Shown here piece after piece: positions 9,720 through 20,725 of a DNA stretch of 64,000 nt. The DNA lies in assembly GCA_963697335.1 (NCBI GenBank), contig CAVONQ010000002.1:128001-192000 (forward strand), in the 5' to 3' direction. The notes beneath the pieces were generated by a model, which was given only the letters and a program-made list of their open reading frames with translations, was not told where the DNA came from and searched no databases. Positions within the stretch are counted from its first letter, which is position 1; every line of letters begins with the position of its first letter. This DNA comes from an uncultured cyanobacterium (GTDB taxonomy: Bacteria; Cyanobacteriota; Cyanobacteriia; PCC-6307; Cyanobiaceae). A program made the translations under genes and the position numbers.

Positions 9720-10381
9720 GGTGTCCGCTCTCCCGGCAGCTGCCCGGCTCCCCCACCCCTGGGCTGCTCCAGCCAGTGCAGCCAGCGCCGCAGCATCGCC
9801 TCACCCGCCGCCGCCGACTTCTCAGGGTGGAACTGGCAGGCGGCGATCGCTCCCTGCCACACCGCCGCGCTCACCAGTTCCCCCGCCACACTCACCCAGG
9901 CGGTGGTGCAGGCCGGGTCCACGGGATCCGCGGCGTAGGAGTGCACGAAATAGACCCAGGCTTCTGGGGAGTCGGCGGGCAGGAGCGGACTGGCCTTGCC
10001 CGGCAGCAGCGGCTCCCAGCCCATGTGGGGGATCGGATGGCCCGGCTTGCGGGGCAGGGCCCGCACCCGGCCGGGGATCAGCCCCAGGCCCCGGGCGCTG
10101 CCCTCGTCGCTGGCCTCGAACAGCAGCTGCAGGCCCAGGCAGATGCCCAGCAGGGGGAGGCCTGCGCCGCACCAGTCGCGGGTGGCGGCGGCAAGCCCGC
10201 TGCTCTCCAGCCTCTCCATGGCCGGGTCAAACGCCCCCACGCCCGGCAGCACCAGGCCGTCGCAGCCCTGCATCTGCTCGGCGGACTGCACCGGCACCAC
10301 CGCGGCCCCCAGGCGCTCGAAGCCCCGCTGCACCGAGTGCAGGTTGCCCATGCCGTAGTCGATCAGGCCGATGCGCGTCAT
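9716..10381 (-). CDS. hisH: Imidazole glycerol phosphate synthase glutaminase subunit
   Basis: IDYGMGNLHSV, PGVGAF, GICLGLQ, YFVHSY, QFHPEKS. Confidence 0.97.
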   Translation of the reverse strand: MTRIGLIDYGMGNLHSVQRGFERLGAAVVPVQSAEQMQGCDGLVLPGVGAFDPAMERLESSGLAAATRDWCGAGLPLLGICLGLQLLFEASDEGSARGLGLIPGRVRALPRKPGHPIPHMGWEPLLPGKASPLLPADSPEAWVYFVHSYAADPVDPACTTAWVSVAGELVSAAVWQGAIAACQFHPEKSAAAGEAMLRRWLHWLEQPRGGGAGQLPGERTP

Positions 10382-11376
10382 GGCAGCTCCTGGCGCGTTG
10401 GCTCTGTGGGCAGGTCGAAGCCGTTGAGGCTATCGATCAGCTGGTACAGCCGCCCCATCCGCCGCCTGTCGAAGTGAAAGCGCAGACAGGGGCGCAGGAA
10501 GCCGCGCTCATCGATGCTTTCGGCGGCCTGAATGCTGCCCTGGTCCACCAGGTCGTCGTAGCTGTGGTTCAACTGGCGCAGCTGGTCGGCCGTGAGGGAG
10601 GCGTTGAGCAGCAGCTCCACCCGGTCGCCCTGCAGGGCGGCGGCGTGGAACCGGCGGTAGAAGCGGCCGATCTGGGCCATGGCCGCCTCGGCGCTGTCGG
10701 TGAGGAACAGCAAGGAGGTGTCCTCCGGGGAGATCAGTCCCCGCTCCTGCATGGCGGTGAGGCTGTGGTCCTGCCAGCTGAGCCAGAAGGGGTCGTCCGG
10801 GGCGGCCAGCAGCACCAGGGGGATCGGCGGGGTGCGACCGGTCTGGATCAGGGTGAGCGACTCGAACAGTTCGTCGAGGGTGCCGAAGCCGCCGGGCAGC
10901 ACCACCAGGGCATCGCTCTCCCTCAGGAAGAACAGCTTGCGGGTGAAGAAGTAGCGGAAGTGCAGCAGCCGGCCATCGCAACTGCTCACGATCGGGTTGG
11001 GATGCTGCTCAAAGGGCAGATCCACATTCAGGCCGATGCTGCTGTCACAGCCCGCCCCCCGGTTGGCCGCCTCCATGATGCCGCCGCCGGCACCGGTGAT
11101 CACTTCAAAGCCTGCGGCCACGGCGGCTTCGGCCAGCTGCTGGGCCAGGACGTAACTGGGATCATCCAGTTCGGTTCGGGCCGAGCCGAACACGGACACC
11201 TTGCGCACATCCCGGCGCGGACGGAACACCGCCAGGGCTTCACTGATGTCCGCCAGGGTGCCCTCGACGATGCGCCAGGCCTCGGGCTCCTGTTCCTGGC
11301 GGCAGATGTCCAGCAGCGACACCAGGGCCCGATCAATCAGGCGGCGCTGGGGATGGCCCTCCCTCACCGCCGCCAT
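10378..11376 (-). CDS. LOG-family (lysine decarboxylase-like, Rossmann-fold) nucleotide phosphoribohydrolase
   Basis: VSVFGSAR, TGAGGGIMEAANRGA, FRYFFTRK, PGGFGTLDE. Confidence 0.9.
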   Translation of the reverse strand: MAAVREGHPQRRLIDRALVSLLDICRQEQEPEAWRIVEGTLADISEALAVFRPRRDVRKVSVFGSARTELDDPSYVLAQQLAEAAVAAGFEVITGAGGGIMEAANRGAGCDSSIGLNVDLPFEQHPNPIVSSCDGRLLHFRYFFTRKLFFLRESDALVVLPGGFGTLDELFESLTLIQTGRTPPIPLVLLAAPDDPFWLSWQDHSLTAMQERGLISPEDTSLLFLTDSAEAAMAQIGRFYRRFHAAALQGDRVELLLNASLTADQLRQLNHSYDDLVDQGSIQAAESIDERGFLRPCLRFHFDRRRMGRLYQLIDSLNGFDLPTEPTRQELP

Positions 11377-11441
11377 GGCATCCAGGGGACTGAGACCGCC
11401 GCCGCGGGTGGCGGCCTGGATGGGCTCGCGGCGGATCGGCT

Positions 11442-11765
11442 TCAGAGGTACTTGGTGATGGTGCCCGAGAGGGTGGTCTTGGGTACGGCCCCCACCACCG
11501 TGTCCACCTTCTGACCAGCCTTGAACACCATCAGGGTGGGGATGCTGCGGATGCCGTACTGACTGGCGACGTTGGGGTTCTCGTCGGTGTTGAGCTTGAA
11601 CACCTTGATCTGGCCCTCGAACTCCTTGGCGATTTCATCCACGATCGGCGCCACCATCCGGCAGGGGCCACACCAGGGCGCCCAGAAGTCAACCAGCACG
11701 GGCACGTCGCTCTTGAGCACGTCCTGTTCGAAGGAGGCGTCGGTAACGGCGGCTGCGCTGGACAT
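11442..11765 (-). CDS. trxA: Thioredoxin (m-type)
   Basis: WAPWCGPC active site, YGIRSIPT. Confidence 0.97.
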   Translation of the reverse strand: MSSAAAVTDASFEQDVLKSDVPVLVDFWAPWCGPCRMVAPIVDEIAKEFEGQIKVFKLNTDENPNVASQYGIRSIPTLMVFKAGQKVDTVVGAVPKTTLSGTITKYL

Positions 11766-11800
11766 CCTTGTGGTGATCGGGTTTCTGCAATCTAGCAAGG

Positions 11801-11835
11801 GCTTGCCTGGTCTCCCCTGAGGAGGCCAGGCAAGC
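11801..11835. repeat. 15-bp inverted repeat (1 mismatch) upstream of trxA
   Basis: GCTTGCCTGGTCTCC-CCTGA-GGAGGCCAGGCAAGC. Confidence 0.8.
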
Positions 11836-11854
11836 GTTGCAGGGCGTTAAGGAC

Positions 11855-11915
11855 AAAAGGCCCGGACGTGCCGGGCCGGAGGGTGTGAGGAGTGTGCGAG
11901 CGGTTAGGCCCCCAC
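11855..11915 (-). ncRNA. yfr1: Yfr1 small RNA
   Basis: Conserved ACTCCTCACAC undecamer (11883-11893, minus strand) between a 5' stem and the terminator GGCCCGG-CACGT-CCGGGCC-TTTT; characteristic guaB-trxA position; -10-like TATCTT at 11922-11927. Confidence 0.95.
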
Positions 11916-11931
11916 GGTTTCAAGATAGGAC

Positions 11932-13095
11932 TTACTTGCCCATGCCCAGCTGCTGGGCCTTCTGATACACCTTGCCCTCGGTGAGCAGGGAAGGGGCCAC
12001 CACCACCTCCACCTGCTGCATCTCCTTGAGGGTGCGGGCCCCCAGGGTGCCCATGGAGGTGCGGATGCAGCCCAGCAGGTTCTGGGTGCCGTCGTCGAGG
12101 CCTGCCGGACCCCGCAGGATCGTCTCGAGGCTGCCGGTGGTGCCCACCTGGATCCGGGTGCCCCGCGGCAGCACCGGGCTGGGGGTGGCCATGCCCCAGT
12201 GGAAGCCCCTGCCCGGGGCTTCGCTGGCCCGGGCAATGGGGGAGCCGATCATCACGGCGTCAGCTCCACAGGCCAGGCACTTGCAGATGTCTCCGCCGGT
12301 GACGATGCCGCCGTCCGCCACCACCGGCACGATCCTGCCGGTCTCGGCGGCGTAGTCGTCGCGGGCGGCGGCACAGTCGGCCACGGCTGTGGCCTGGGGG
12401 ATGCCGATGCCGAGCACGCCGCGGCTGGTGCAGGCGGCCCCGGGACCGATCCCCACCATCACCCCGGCGGCGCCGGCCCGCATCAGCTTCAGGGCCACCT
12501 CGTAGGTGACGCAGTTGCCGATCACCACCGGAACGCCGAAGTCGCGGCAGAGGGCCTCGAGGTCCAGGGTCTGCTGGCCCTCAGGCCCCACGTGCTCGGT
12601 GCTCACCACCGTGGCCTGCACGAAGAACAGGTCGGCACCGGCTGCGGCGATCGCCTTGCCGAAGCGAAGGGCGGCCACCGGCGTGGCGCTCACCGCGGCG
12701 ATGCCGCCCCGGTCCTTGATCTCCCTGATCCGCTGGCGGATCAGGTCTTCCCGCACCGGCTGGCTGTAGAGCTCCTGCATCAGCCCCACGAACTCGTTCT
12801 TGCCCACCGCCGCAATGCGGTCGAGCACGGGGTTGGGGTCGTCGTAGCGGCACTGCACGCCTTCGAGGTTGAGCACGCCAAGGGCCCCCTGGCGGGTCAG
12901 CTCCACGCACATGCCCACGTCCACCACGCCATCCATGGCACTGGCGATGATCGGGATCTCGCGCTTGATCCCCCCCAGGGTCCAGCTGCTGTCCGTCACG
13001 GCCGGGTCTACCGTGCGTCCGCCGGGCACCAGGGCGATCTCGTCGATGCCGTAGGCACGACGGACGGTTCGGGAGCGGCCCAGCTGGATGTCCAC
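11932..13095 (-). CDS. guaB: IMP dehydrogenase-related protein, GuaB3 family
   Basis: [42 protein letters not shown] start at 13095. Confidence 0.95.
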   Translation of the reverse strand: MDIQLGRSRTVRRAYGIDEIALVPGGRTVDPAVTDSSWTLGGIKREIPIIASAMDGVVDVGMCVELTRQGALGVLNLEGVQCRYDDPNPVLDRIAAVGKNEFVGLMQELYSQPVREDLIRQRIREIKDRGGIAAVSATPVAALRFGKAIAAAGADLFFVQATVVSTEHVGPEGQQTLDLEALCRDFGVPVVIGNCVTYEVALKLMRAGAAGVMVGIGPGAACTSRGVLGIGIPQATAVADCAAARDDYAAETGRIVPVVADGGIVTGGDICKCLACGADAVMIGSPIARASEAPGRGFHWGMATPSPVLPRGTRIQVGTTGSLETILRGPAGLDDGTQNLLGCIRTSMGTLGARTLKEMQQVEVVVAPSLLTEGKVYQKAQQLGMGK

Positions 13096-13164
13096 CGGAA
13101 ACTGACGTATTCGGGTCAAGCTATCAAGTGGTCTGACGCGCTCGGCCGCCGCCGGGGCAGGCCC

Positions 13165-13764
13165 TCAGCTGCTGCCGAGGAACGACTCCCAGCGCTGCTT
13201 GAGGCCGGCAACCAACTCGCGGCGCTCGCTGCTGCGCAGCAGTTTGGGCAGGCCCTGGCGCACCACCCAGATCACCCCCACCAGCTCCAGCAGGCCGGGC
13301 ACCAGGGGCAGGCCGTTCAGCGCGCCGAGCAGGGAGGCGTAGAGGCGCAGCACCAGCACCACCGCCACCAGGGCCAGCAGGGCCGTGAGGGGAGTGCGGG
13401 CCTGCTGCCAGATCCGCTGCAGTTCGCCGCTGGCCAGCCAGTCCTGCAGCTTGCCGCTGAGCAGGGCCCACTCGCCCCCCTCAGCGTCGGCGGCGTCCGC
13501 GCCCTCCAGGGGCGGCACGGTGATGGTGGCGGCGATGCTGGGGTCCAGGGCGGGGCTGGGGGCCGGGGGCGGGCTTGTGGCCGGGGGCTCCACCGGAGCC
13601 GCTGCAGGGGCGGCCGCTGGGGTGGCAGCAGGCGCCTGCTCCTTCTGAGCCAGGTCCGGCTGAGCCAGCTCCGGCTGAGGCGGCTGCGGGGGGGTGCCAC
13701 TGGGCTCGGCCTCGGCCCCCATCGAGGGGGTTGGGCTCGTCTCAGCCTTGTTCTCCTCAGCCAT
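13165..13764 (-). CDS. CAAD-domain (CurT-like) membrane protein with a Pro/Ala-rich N-terminus
   Basis: LLGALNGLPLVPGLLELVG two-helix motif followed by RRELV. Confidence 0.82.
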   Translation of the reverse strand: MAEENKAETSPTPSMGAEAEPSGTPPQPPQPELAQPDLAQKEQAPAATPAAAPAAAPVEPPATSPPPAPSPALDPSIAATITVPPLEGADAADAEGGEWALLSGKLQDWLASGELQRIWQQARTPLTALLALVAVVLVLRLYASLLGALNGLPLVPGLLELVGVIWVVRQGLPKLLRSSERRELVAGLKQRWESFLGSS

Positions 13765-13834
13765 GGCCCTCCGGAAACCCTGCGGTGATCGTGGTCGGGG
13801 GGAGCTTAAGCGCGGTTCCCGTGCTGGTCAGACA

Positions 13835-14989
13835 TCAGGGATCGAGCGGCACCTGGGCGGATCGGTTCCCCAGGGTCCGGCTGGGCAGGCGCAGCGGGAA
13901 ATGGCCGGCCTGCAGGTCGTGCACCAGTCGCTGGGCGATCTCCTCGGCCAGGCGGGGACTGTGGGCCGGGGCACAGCGCACGGGGCGGTCCCGCAGCCGG
14001 AAGCTGCCCTGGATCAGCTCGGCGTAGCTGACGCGGCCGAAGGCGGGTTTGACCCGCCTGGGCAGGGCCAGATCCAGCACCGTGGCCTCGAGCTCTGACG
14101 CCCCGGCCGCGGCCTGGCGGGCCCCCTGGAGGTGGAGCAGGGGTACCGGCGCGGCGATCGCCACCAGCAGGGCGGCGCCATGGCCCTCGAAGTGGGCGGC
14201 CCGGAGCCAGCGGCGATCGAGGCCGTGCAGATCCACCGCCACCGCCGCCACGGCCCCGGGGGTGGTGGCATGGCCGCTGGCCTGGCGCCGGGGGTTGGGC
14301 TGGTGGCCACTGCCGCTGCCCATCACCCAGCCGATGCTGCCCGCCACCAGCACGGGGGATCCGGGCCCCAGCAAGGTCAGGCCGGGCATGGTGAGGCCGA
14401 TGCTGCCGGCGCCAGCGCAGCTGTAGAGGCCTGTGGTGAAGGGGCCCAGCAGGGGGCCAAAGGGGCTGTGGCACACCCCGGGGGCGCTGCTCACCGCCAC
14501 CAGGCCGTTTTCGGCGATGGCGCGATGCAGCAGCAGGCGCCCGGCGCCGATGCGCTGCAGGCTGAGGTCGGTGTGGAGCTCCCGCCTGGGGTGCAGGGGC
14601 GTGGCCTCGCCACTGGCGTCGAGGGGGAGGGTGTGGCCCGCCAGCAGTTTGTCCAGCACGGCGGCGCCGCTGAGCCGGTCGGGGTCCGCCAGGCCACCGC
14701 CGATCGGCAGCACCAGTTCGCCGCTGCCGCCGCTGGCCAGGCCGCTGACGCCGCCCAGCTGCACGCCGTGCAGCCGGATCGGCGGATCACAGGGGCCCAG
14801 GGAGAGGTGCAGGCAGGCCTGATCGGTGAACACCGCGTCGGCGGCCACCACCACATCGGTGCTGGCAAAGGCCGCTTCGAGCCCCTGCTGCTGCACCAGG
14901 TGGCGGTAGGCGCTGGCGTCGCGCACCCGCAGGTCGCCGCGCTGCTGCCGCTGCTGCAGCTCGGCTTCGCTTCGCATCGGTGGCTCCAT
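13835..14989 (-). CDS. DUF39-like (homocysteine biosynthesis/aspartate-semialdehyde sulfurtransferase-like) protein, divergent
   Basis: RSEAEL..DVVVAA, DPPIRL, SGAAVLDKLLAG, YSCAGAGSI, GSGHQP; only the C-terminal part of the long shadow ORF is coding. Confidence 0.75.
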   Translation of the reverse strand: MEPPMRSEAELQQRQQRGDLRVRDASAYRHLVQQQGLEAAFASTDVVVAADAVFTDQACLHLSLGPCDPPIRLHGVQLGGVSGLASGGSGELVLPIGGGLADPDRLSGAAVLDKLLAGHTLPLDASGEATPLHPRRELHTDLSLQRIGAGRLLLHRAIAENGLVAVSSAPGVCHSPFGPLLGPFTTGLYSCAGAGSIGLTMPGLTLLGPGSPVLVAGSIGWVMGSGSGHQPNPRRQASGHATTPGAVAAVAVDLHGLDRRWLRAAHFEGHGAALLVAIAAPVPLLHLQGARQAAAGASELEATVLDLALPRRVKPAFGRVSYAELIQGSFRLRDRPVRCAPAHSPRLAEEIAQRLVHDLQAGHFPLRLPSRTLGNRSAQVPLDP

Positions 14990-15073
14990 GGTCTGTGGCC
15001 TCAGCGGCGGGCGGGGCCCCGGAACAGCGGGCGGAGCTGTCGATAAGATGGGGGGTGTTGAAGGTTGCCCTGC

Positions 15074-17722
15074 ATGGCGGATCCCACCGGACCGAACAAC
15101 TCCGGTGACTCCGGTTCCAACGGTGATTCTCGGATCATCCAGACCGACCTTCGCAACGAGATGTCGCGCTCCTATCTGGAGTACGCGATGAGCGTGATTG
15201 TGGGCCGGGCCCTGCCCGATGCCCGCGATGGCCTCAAGCCCGTGCATCGCCGCATTCTCTATGCGATGTACGAACTGGGCCTCACCAGCGACCGTCCCTA
15301 CCGCAAATGCGCCCGTGTGGTGGGCGAGGTGCTCGGTAAGTACCACCCCCACGGGGATACGGCCGTGTACGACGCCCTGGTGCGCATGGCCCAGGATTTC
15401 AACATGCGCATGCCCCTGGTGGATGGGCATGGCAACTTCGGCTCGGTGGATGGTGACCCCCCGGCCGCCATGCGGTATACGGAGTCGCGTCTGCAGGCCC
15501 TCACCACAGACTCCCTGCTGGAGGACATCGAAGCTGAGACGGTTGATTTTGCCGACAACTTCGACGGGTCCCAGCAGGAACCCACGGTGATGCCGGCGCG
15601 GATTCCCCAGCTGCTGCTGAATGGCTCCACAGGCATCGCTGTGGGCATGGCCACCAATATTCCGCCCCACAATCTCACCGAACTGATTGATGGCCTGCTG
15701 GCCCTGATCGAGGATCCTGAGCTCAGCGAGCAGGCCCTGATGGCCATCGTGCCGGGGCCTGACTTCCCGACGGGCGGGCAGATCCTGGGCCGCCGCGGCA
15801 TCCGCGAGACCTACACCACCGGGCGCGGTTCGGTGACCATGCGCGGTGTCGCCTCGGTGGAGACGCTGGAAGTCAAAGGACGCCCGGACCGCGACGCGGT
15901 GATCATCACCGAGTTGCCCTTCCAGACCAACAAGGCCTCCCTGATCGAGCGCATCGCCGAGCTCGTCAATGACAAGAAGCTGGAGGGGATCTCGGACATC
16001 CGGGATGAATCGGATCGCGATGGCATGCGCATCGTGATTGAGCTGCGCCGCGATGCCTATCCCCAGGTTGTGCTCAATAACCTCTTTAAACTCACCCCCC
16101 TGCAGAACAACTTCAGTGCCTACATGCTGGCGCTGGTCAAGGGTGAACCGGTGGTGCTCACCCTGCTCAAGATGCTGCAGGTGTTCCTCGATTTCCGGGT
16201 CGAAACGATCGAGCGACGCACCAGATATCTGTTGCGCAAGGCGGAAGAGCGCGACCACATCCTGCTGGGCCTGCTGATTGCCCTCGACAGCCTCGACGCG
16301 ATCATCGCCCTGATTCGTGCCGCCGCCGATGCGGCCACGGCCCGGACGGAGCTGGTGCTGCAGTTCGGCCTTTCGGAGATCCAGGCCGACGCGATTCTGC
16401 AGATGCAGTTGCGCCGGCTGACGGCCCTGGAGGCCGACAAGATCCGGCTGGAGCACGAGGATCTGCTCGCCAAGATCACCGACTACAAGGACATCCTGGC
16501 CCGGCGCGAACGGGTGTTCGGCATCATCACCACGGAGCTGGGGGCGATCCGCAGCCGCTACCTCTCCCCCCGCCGCACCGAGATCCTCGATCTCGAAGGT
16601 GGCCTGGAAGACATCGACCTGATCGCCAACGAACGTTCGGTGGTGCTGCTGACCGAAACCGGCTACCTCAAGCGGATGCCGGTGAGTGAGTTCGAGGCCA
16701 CCAGCCGGGGCACCCGCGGCAAGGCCGGCACCCGCAGCCAGGGGGAGGAGGCCGTGAAGCTGTTCATCAGCTGCAACGACCACGACAACCTGCTGCTGTT
16801 CAGCGACCGCGGCGTGGTGTATGCGGTGCCGGCCTACCGGGTGCCCATCTGCAGCCGTGCGGCCAAGGGCACGCCGATCGTGCAGCTGCTGCCGATTCCG
16901 CGGGAGGAGCAGATCACCTCCCTGCTGGCCGTGAGTGCCTTCTCGGAGGATGCCGTGCTGGTGATGCTCACCAGTGGCGGCTACATCAAGCGCACCCGGC
17001 TCTCCGCCTTTGCCAACATCCGCGCCAACGGCCTGATTGCCATCTCGCTGGAAGACGGCGATGACCTGCGCTGGGTGCGGCTGGCCCTGCCTGGCGACAG
17101 CGTGTTGATCGGCTCCCTCAAGGGCATGACGATCCACTTCCGCCTCAGCGACGAGGAGTTGCGCCCCCTGGGCCGTACAGCCCGTGGCGTGCGGGCGATG
17201 CAGCTGCGTGCCGGCGACCAGCTGGTGAGCATGGATGTGCTCTCGGCCGACCTGGCTGACCGGGTGGCCAACAGCAGCAGCGCCGACGAAGCGGCCGTCG
17301 ATGATCTGCCGATCGAGGTGGCCCCGAGCGAAGGGCCCTGGGTGCTGGTGGCCAGCGCCAGCGGCCTGGGCAAGCGGGTGCCGGTGGATCAGTTCCGGCT
17401 CCAGAAGCGGGCCGGCATGGGTCTGCGGGCGATCAAGTTCCGCTTTGACGGCGACGTGCTGGTGGGGCTCAAGGTGCTGGGGGCCGGCGAGCAGGTGCTG
17501 CTCGTGACCGAGAAGGGAGTGATCGTGCGCACCGAGGCCGATGCCATTCCCCAGCAGTCGCGGGCGGCCACCGGCGTGCGGCTGCAGCGACTGGATCGGG
17601 GCGACCGCCTGGTGGAGATGGTGCTGGTGCCCCCCGCCCTCGAGGACGAGGAGGAGCCCGTGGAGTCCGTGGAGCCCGTGACGGAGGCTGATCCCGAGGG
17701 CAGCGACGGGGAACCGGCCTGA
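15074..17722 (+). CDS. gyrA: DNA gyrase subunit A
   Basis: [33 protein letters not shown]-terminal beta-pinwheel repeats. Confidence 0.97.
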   Translation: MADPTGPNNSGDSGSNGDSRIIQTDLRNEMSRSYLEYAMSVIVGRALPDARDGLKPVHRRILYAMYELGLTSDRPYRKCARVVGEVLGKYHPHGDTAVYDALVRMAQDFNMRMPLVDGHGNFGSVDGDPPAAMRYTESRLQALTTDSLLEDIEAETVDFADNFDGSQQEPTVMPARIPQLLLNGSTGIAVGMATNIPPHNLTELIDGLLALIEDPELSEQALMAIVPGPDFPTGGQILGRRGIRETYTTGRGSVTMRGVASVETLEVKGRPDRDAVIITELPFQTNKASLIERIAELVNDKKLEGISDIRDESDRDGMRIVIELRRDAYPQVVLNNLFKLTPLQNNFSAYMLALVKGEPVVLTLLKMLQVFLDFRVETIERRTRYLLRKAEERDHILLGLLIALDSLDAIIALIRAAADAATARTELVLQFGLSEIQADAILQMQLRRLTALEADKIRLEHEDLLAKITDYKDILARRERVFGIITTELGAIRSRYLSPRRTEILDLEGGLEDIDLIANERSVVLLTETGYLKRMPVSEFEATSRGTRGKAGTRSQGEEAVKLFISCNDHDNLLLFSDRGVVYAVPAYRVPICSRAAKGTPIVQLLPIPREEQITSLLAVSAFSEDAVLVMLTSGGYIKRTRLSAFANIRANGLIAISLEDGDDLRWVRLALPGDSVLIGSLKGMTIHFRLSDEELRPLGRTARGVRAMQLRAGDQLVSMDVLSADLADRVANSSSADEAAVDDLPIEVAPSEGPWVLVASASGLGKRVPVDQFRLQKRAGMGLRAIKFRFDGDVLVGLKVLGAGEQVLLVTEKGVIVRTEADAIPQQSRAATGVRLQRLDRGDRLVEMVLVPPALEDEEEPVESVEPVTEADPEGSDGEPA

Positions 17723-19069
17723 TGCTGGGGGTCGACGTGCTGCCCCAGGCGGCGCAGCCGGCCGAAGGCGCCCTCTGCGCTGAGGTGCTGGTGCTGGGGG
17801 CCGGACCAGCCGGCCTGGCGATCGCTGCGGCGCTGGCCGAGCAGGGGGTGGCGGTGGCGCTGCTCTGCCCCGGTGATCCCCAGGCCCCCTGGCCCAACAC
17901 CTATGGGGTGTGGGGCGATGAGGTGGATGCGCTCGGGCTGGGGCACCTGCTGGAGCACCGCTGGCAGCACACCGTGAGCTACTTCGGCCCCGGAGCCGCC
18001 GATGGCGCCGACCCCGCCAATGCCCCGACGCTGCACCGGCGGGACTACGGGCTGTTCGACAAGCTGAAGCTGCAACGCCACTGGCTGGAGCAGCTCCGCC
18101 GCAGCGGGGTGCCATGGCATCGCGGCGAGGCGGTGGCCGTCGAGGCCTTGGCTGTCGAGGCGGGCCGTGCCGGCGCTCCTCCCGGGGGCTGCAGCGTGGT
18201 GACCCTGGCCAGCGGGGCCGTGCTGCGGGCGCGGCTGGTGGTGGATGCCAGCGGCCATGGCAGCCCCCTGATCGGTCGCCCCAGTGATGGCCCCGTGGCG
18301 GGCCAGGCCGCCTACGGCGTGGTGGGGCGGTTCACGGCCCCCCCGGTGGAGCCAGGCCAGTTCGTGCTGATGGACTTCCGCTGTGACCATCTCCCCCCGG
18401 AGCAACGCCTGCAGCCGCCCACCTTCCTCTACGCCATGGACCTGGGCGATGGTCGCTACTTCGTGGAAGAGACCTCCCTGGCCCTGGCGCCGCCAGTGTC
18501 GTTTGAGACGCTGCGGCAGCGCCTGGAGCTGCGCCTGGCCCACCGGGGCCTGGCCATCAGCGCCGTGGAGCACGAGGAGTTCTGCCTCTTTCCGATGAAC
18601 CTGCCGCTGCCGGATCTGCAGCAGCCCCTGCTCGCCTTCGGCGGTGCGGCCGCCATGGTGCATCCGGCCAGCGGCTACCTGGTGGGGGCGCTGCTGCGCC
18701 GGGCCCCCGGAGCTGGCCCAGGCTCTGGCCGCAGCCCTGGCCGACCCCGCCGCCTCCCCCCAAAGCCTGGCGGCCGCCGGCTGGCAGACCCTCTGGGCCC
18801 AGCCCCTGCGCCGCAAGCACGCGCTCTACCAGTTCGGCCTGGAGAAACTGATGCGCTTTCCCGAGCAGCAGCTGCGGCAGTTCTTCGCCACCTTCTTCGC
18901 CCTGCCAGGCGAGCAGTGGTATGGCTTTCTCACCAACACCCTCAGCGTGCCCCAGCTGGTGGCGGCCATGGTGCGCCTGTTTCTCACGGCGCCCACGGGC
19001 GTGCGGCTGGGCCTGATGGGCCTGCAGGGACGGGAGCTCGCCCTGCTCGCCCGCCTGCTGCGCCCCTAG
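17722..19069 (+). pseudogene. crtL: Lycopene cyclase CrtL split by a +1 frameshift (possible sequencing error)
   Basis: VLGAGPAG FAD motif, WPNTYGVW, FLYAMD, VEETSL, GGAAAMVHPASGY; the C-terminus (ELAQALA..HALYQFGLEKLM) is in another frame after the C5 run at 18704-18708. Confidence 0.85.
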
Positions 19070-19083
19070 CGGGCCCTGGCCCT

Positions 19084-20652
19084 TCAGCCTGGCGGGGCCA
19101 GCCAGTCGGCGGCATTGAGCTCCGGCAGGAGGGCGTCCTCGCGCTGCACCGCCTCCAGCCAGCCAGGCGGCAGCTCGGCGCCGCTGTCGATCGCATCGAG
19201 CAGCCGCCAGAAGCGGTCGAGGTGGCGTTCGATCCGCTCCCGCGCCAGCTCGGTGGTGGTGCCGGCCCGCAGGATGAAGCTCCAGTCGGAGCTCTGGGCA
19301 AGCAGCAACTCCCGCCCCGCCTGGGTGAGCAGCTGGCGATCCAGGCTGCGGCCCACCCCCCGGCCGACGCGCCGCACCATGGCCCGCGAGGCCCGCTGCC
19401 ATTCCGGCACCACCCAGGCATTGGCGGGGTTGAGCCAGTAGTTGTGATAGCCGCCCTCGCCCCAGCTGCTGGGGGAGGGGCGCACCACCTGCAGCGGGCG
19501 CGCCTGGGCGAGCACCTCCCGCAGCGTCACCAGCTGGACATCCATGGCGGCGGCCTGGCGGAACAGGCCGGCCAGGAACTGGGGCCCCTCGAACCACCAG
19601 TGGCCGAACAGCTCCGCATCGAAGGGCGCCACCAGCAGGGGGGTCTGCTGCATCGACTGCGCCAGACCCACCAGCTCCTGCCGGCGGCCCCGCAGGTAGT
19701 CGCGGGCATGCTCCTCCACCCGCTCCAGGGCGGCCGCCGGGTCGTAGGGCTGTTTCTGATCGAGGCGACTGCCGCGCTGGCTGACGCGGTGCAGCTTCAG
19801 GCCCAGGGGCCTGCGGCTGGTGATGCCCTCGCCCTGCAGCAGGGCCTCGTCCAGATCCCAGCCCAGGTCGCGGTGGAACTCCCGGTAGACGCTGTCGCCG
19901 GGGTAGCCCTCCCGGGCGCTCCACACCGGCAGGGTGGCGTTGCCGTCCCGCCCGAAGAAGGCCACTCCCGCAGGGGTGCAGATCGGGGCAAACACGCCGT
20001 AGCGCGGGCGGGGCAGGCCGTGCAGCAGGCCGTGGCCATCGAGCACCGAATAGCGCAGGCCCACGGCCGCGAGCTGCTGGTCGAGGCCCTCGTAGTAGGC
20101 GCACTCCGGCAGCCAGATGCCCAGGGGCGCCTCCCCCAGCTGGCGCCGGTGCTCCCGCACGGCGTTGATCAGCTGGGCGCGCACGGCCTCCGGCACCTGC
20201 CGCAGCAGGGGCAGGTAGCCGTGGGTGGCGCCGCAGGTGATCAGGTCGAGCACCCCCAGCTGCTGCAGCCGGCGGAAGCGGGCCACGAGATGGCCCCCGC
20301 AGGCCTGCCACTGGGCGGCCACAGCCTGCAGCTGCTGGCGCAGGGCGGAGGCGGCGCTGAGCAGCGACTGGGGGGCCTGCTCGAGCAGGCGCAGCCGCAC
20401 GGCGAGCCAGCCGCTGAAGCGGGCATTGAGCTCGGCGTCGGCCATCAGGCTGAGCAGGGTGGGGGAGAGCCCCAGGGTGAGCCGAGGCCGCTGGGCCGGA
20501 TCGGCGGCGCTGGCCTCGAGGCTGGCCAGCAACGGCAGATAGCACTCCTGCAGGGCCTCGAAGTACCAGTCTTCCTCGAGGGACCCCGGCTCGCTGGAGC
20601 GCACGTAGGGCAGGTGGGCGTGCAGAACGAGGGCCAGTTCCCCAGTGGCCAT
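19084..20652 (-). CDS. Glycoside hydrolase family 57 (DUF1957, branching-enzyme type)
   Basis: LHAHLPYV, ATHGYLP, GIWLPECAY, PFDAELFGHWWFEG, QSSDW. Confidence 0.93.
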   Translation of the reverse strand: MATGELALVLHAHLPYVRSSEPGSLEEDWYFEALQECYLPLLASLEASAADPAQRPRLTLGLSPTLLSLMADAELNARFSGWLAVRLRLLEQAPQSLLSAASALRQQLQAVAAQWQACGGHLVARFRRLQQLGVLDLITCGATHGYLPLLRQVPEAVRAQLINAVREHRRQLGEAPLGIWLPECAYYEGLDQQLAAVGLRYSVLDGHGLLHGLPRPRYGVFAPICTPAGVAFFGRDGNATLPVWSAREGYPGDSVYREFHRDLGWDLDEALLQGEGITSRRPLGLKLHRVSQRGSRLDQKQPYDPAAALERVEEHARDYLRGRRQELVGLAQSMQQTPLLVAPFDAELFGHWWFEGPQFLAGLFRQAAAMDVQLVTLREVLAQARPLQVVRPSPSSWGEGGYHNYWLNPANAWVVPEWQRASRAMVRRVGRGVGRSLDRQLLTQAGRELLLAQSSDWSFILRAGTTTELARERIERHLDRFWRLLDAIDSGAELPPGWLEAVQREDALLPELNAADWLAPPG

Positions 20653-20725
20653 GGCCTGACTGCGAGTTTTGCACTGTAGGTGCAGTCTCTGTTGAGGTCC
20701 CGGACAACGGACCTAGGGTTTTTTG

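Noticed and set aside
13835..18115. 1426-aa minus-strand ORF
   Set aside because: Mostly the antisense shadow of gyrA; only 13835-14989 looks like a real gene
17722..20679. 985-aa apparent CrtL fusion protein
   Set aside because: Artefact of the frameshift at about 18706, reading on antisense to the GH57 gene
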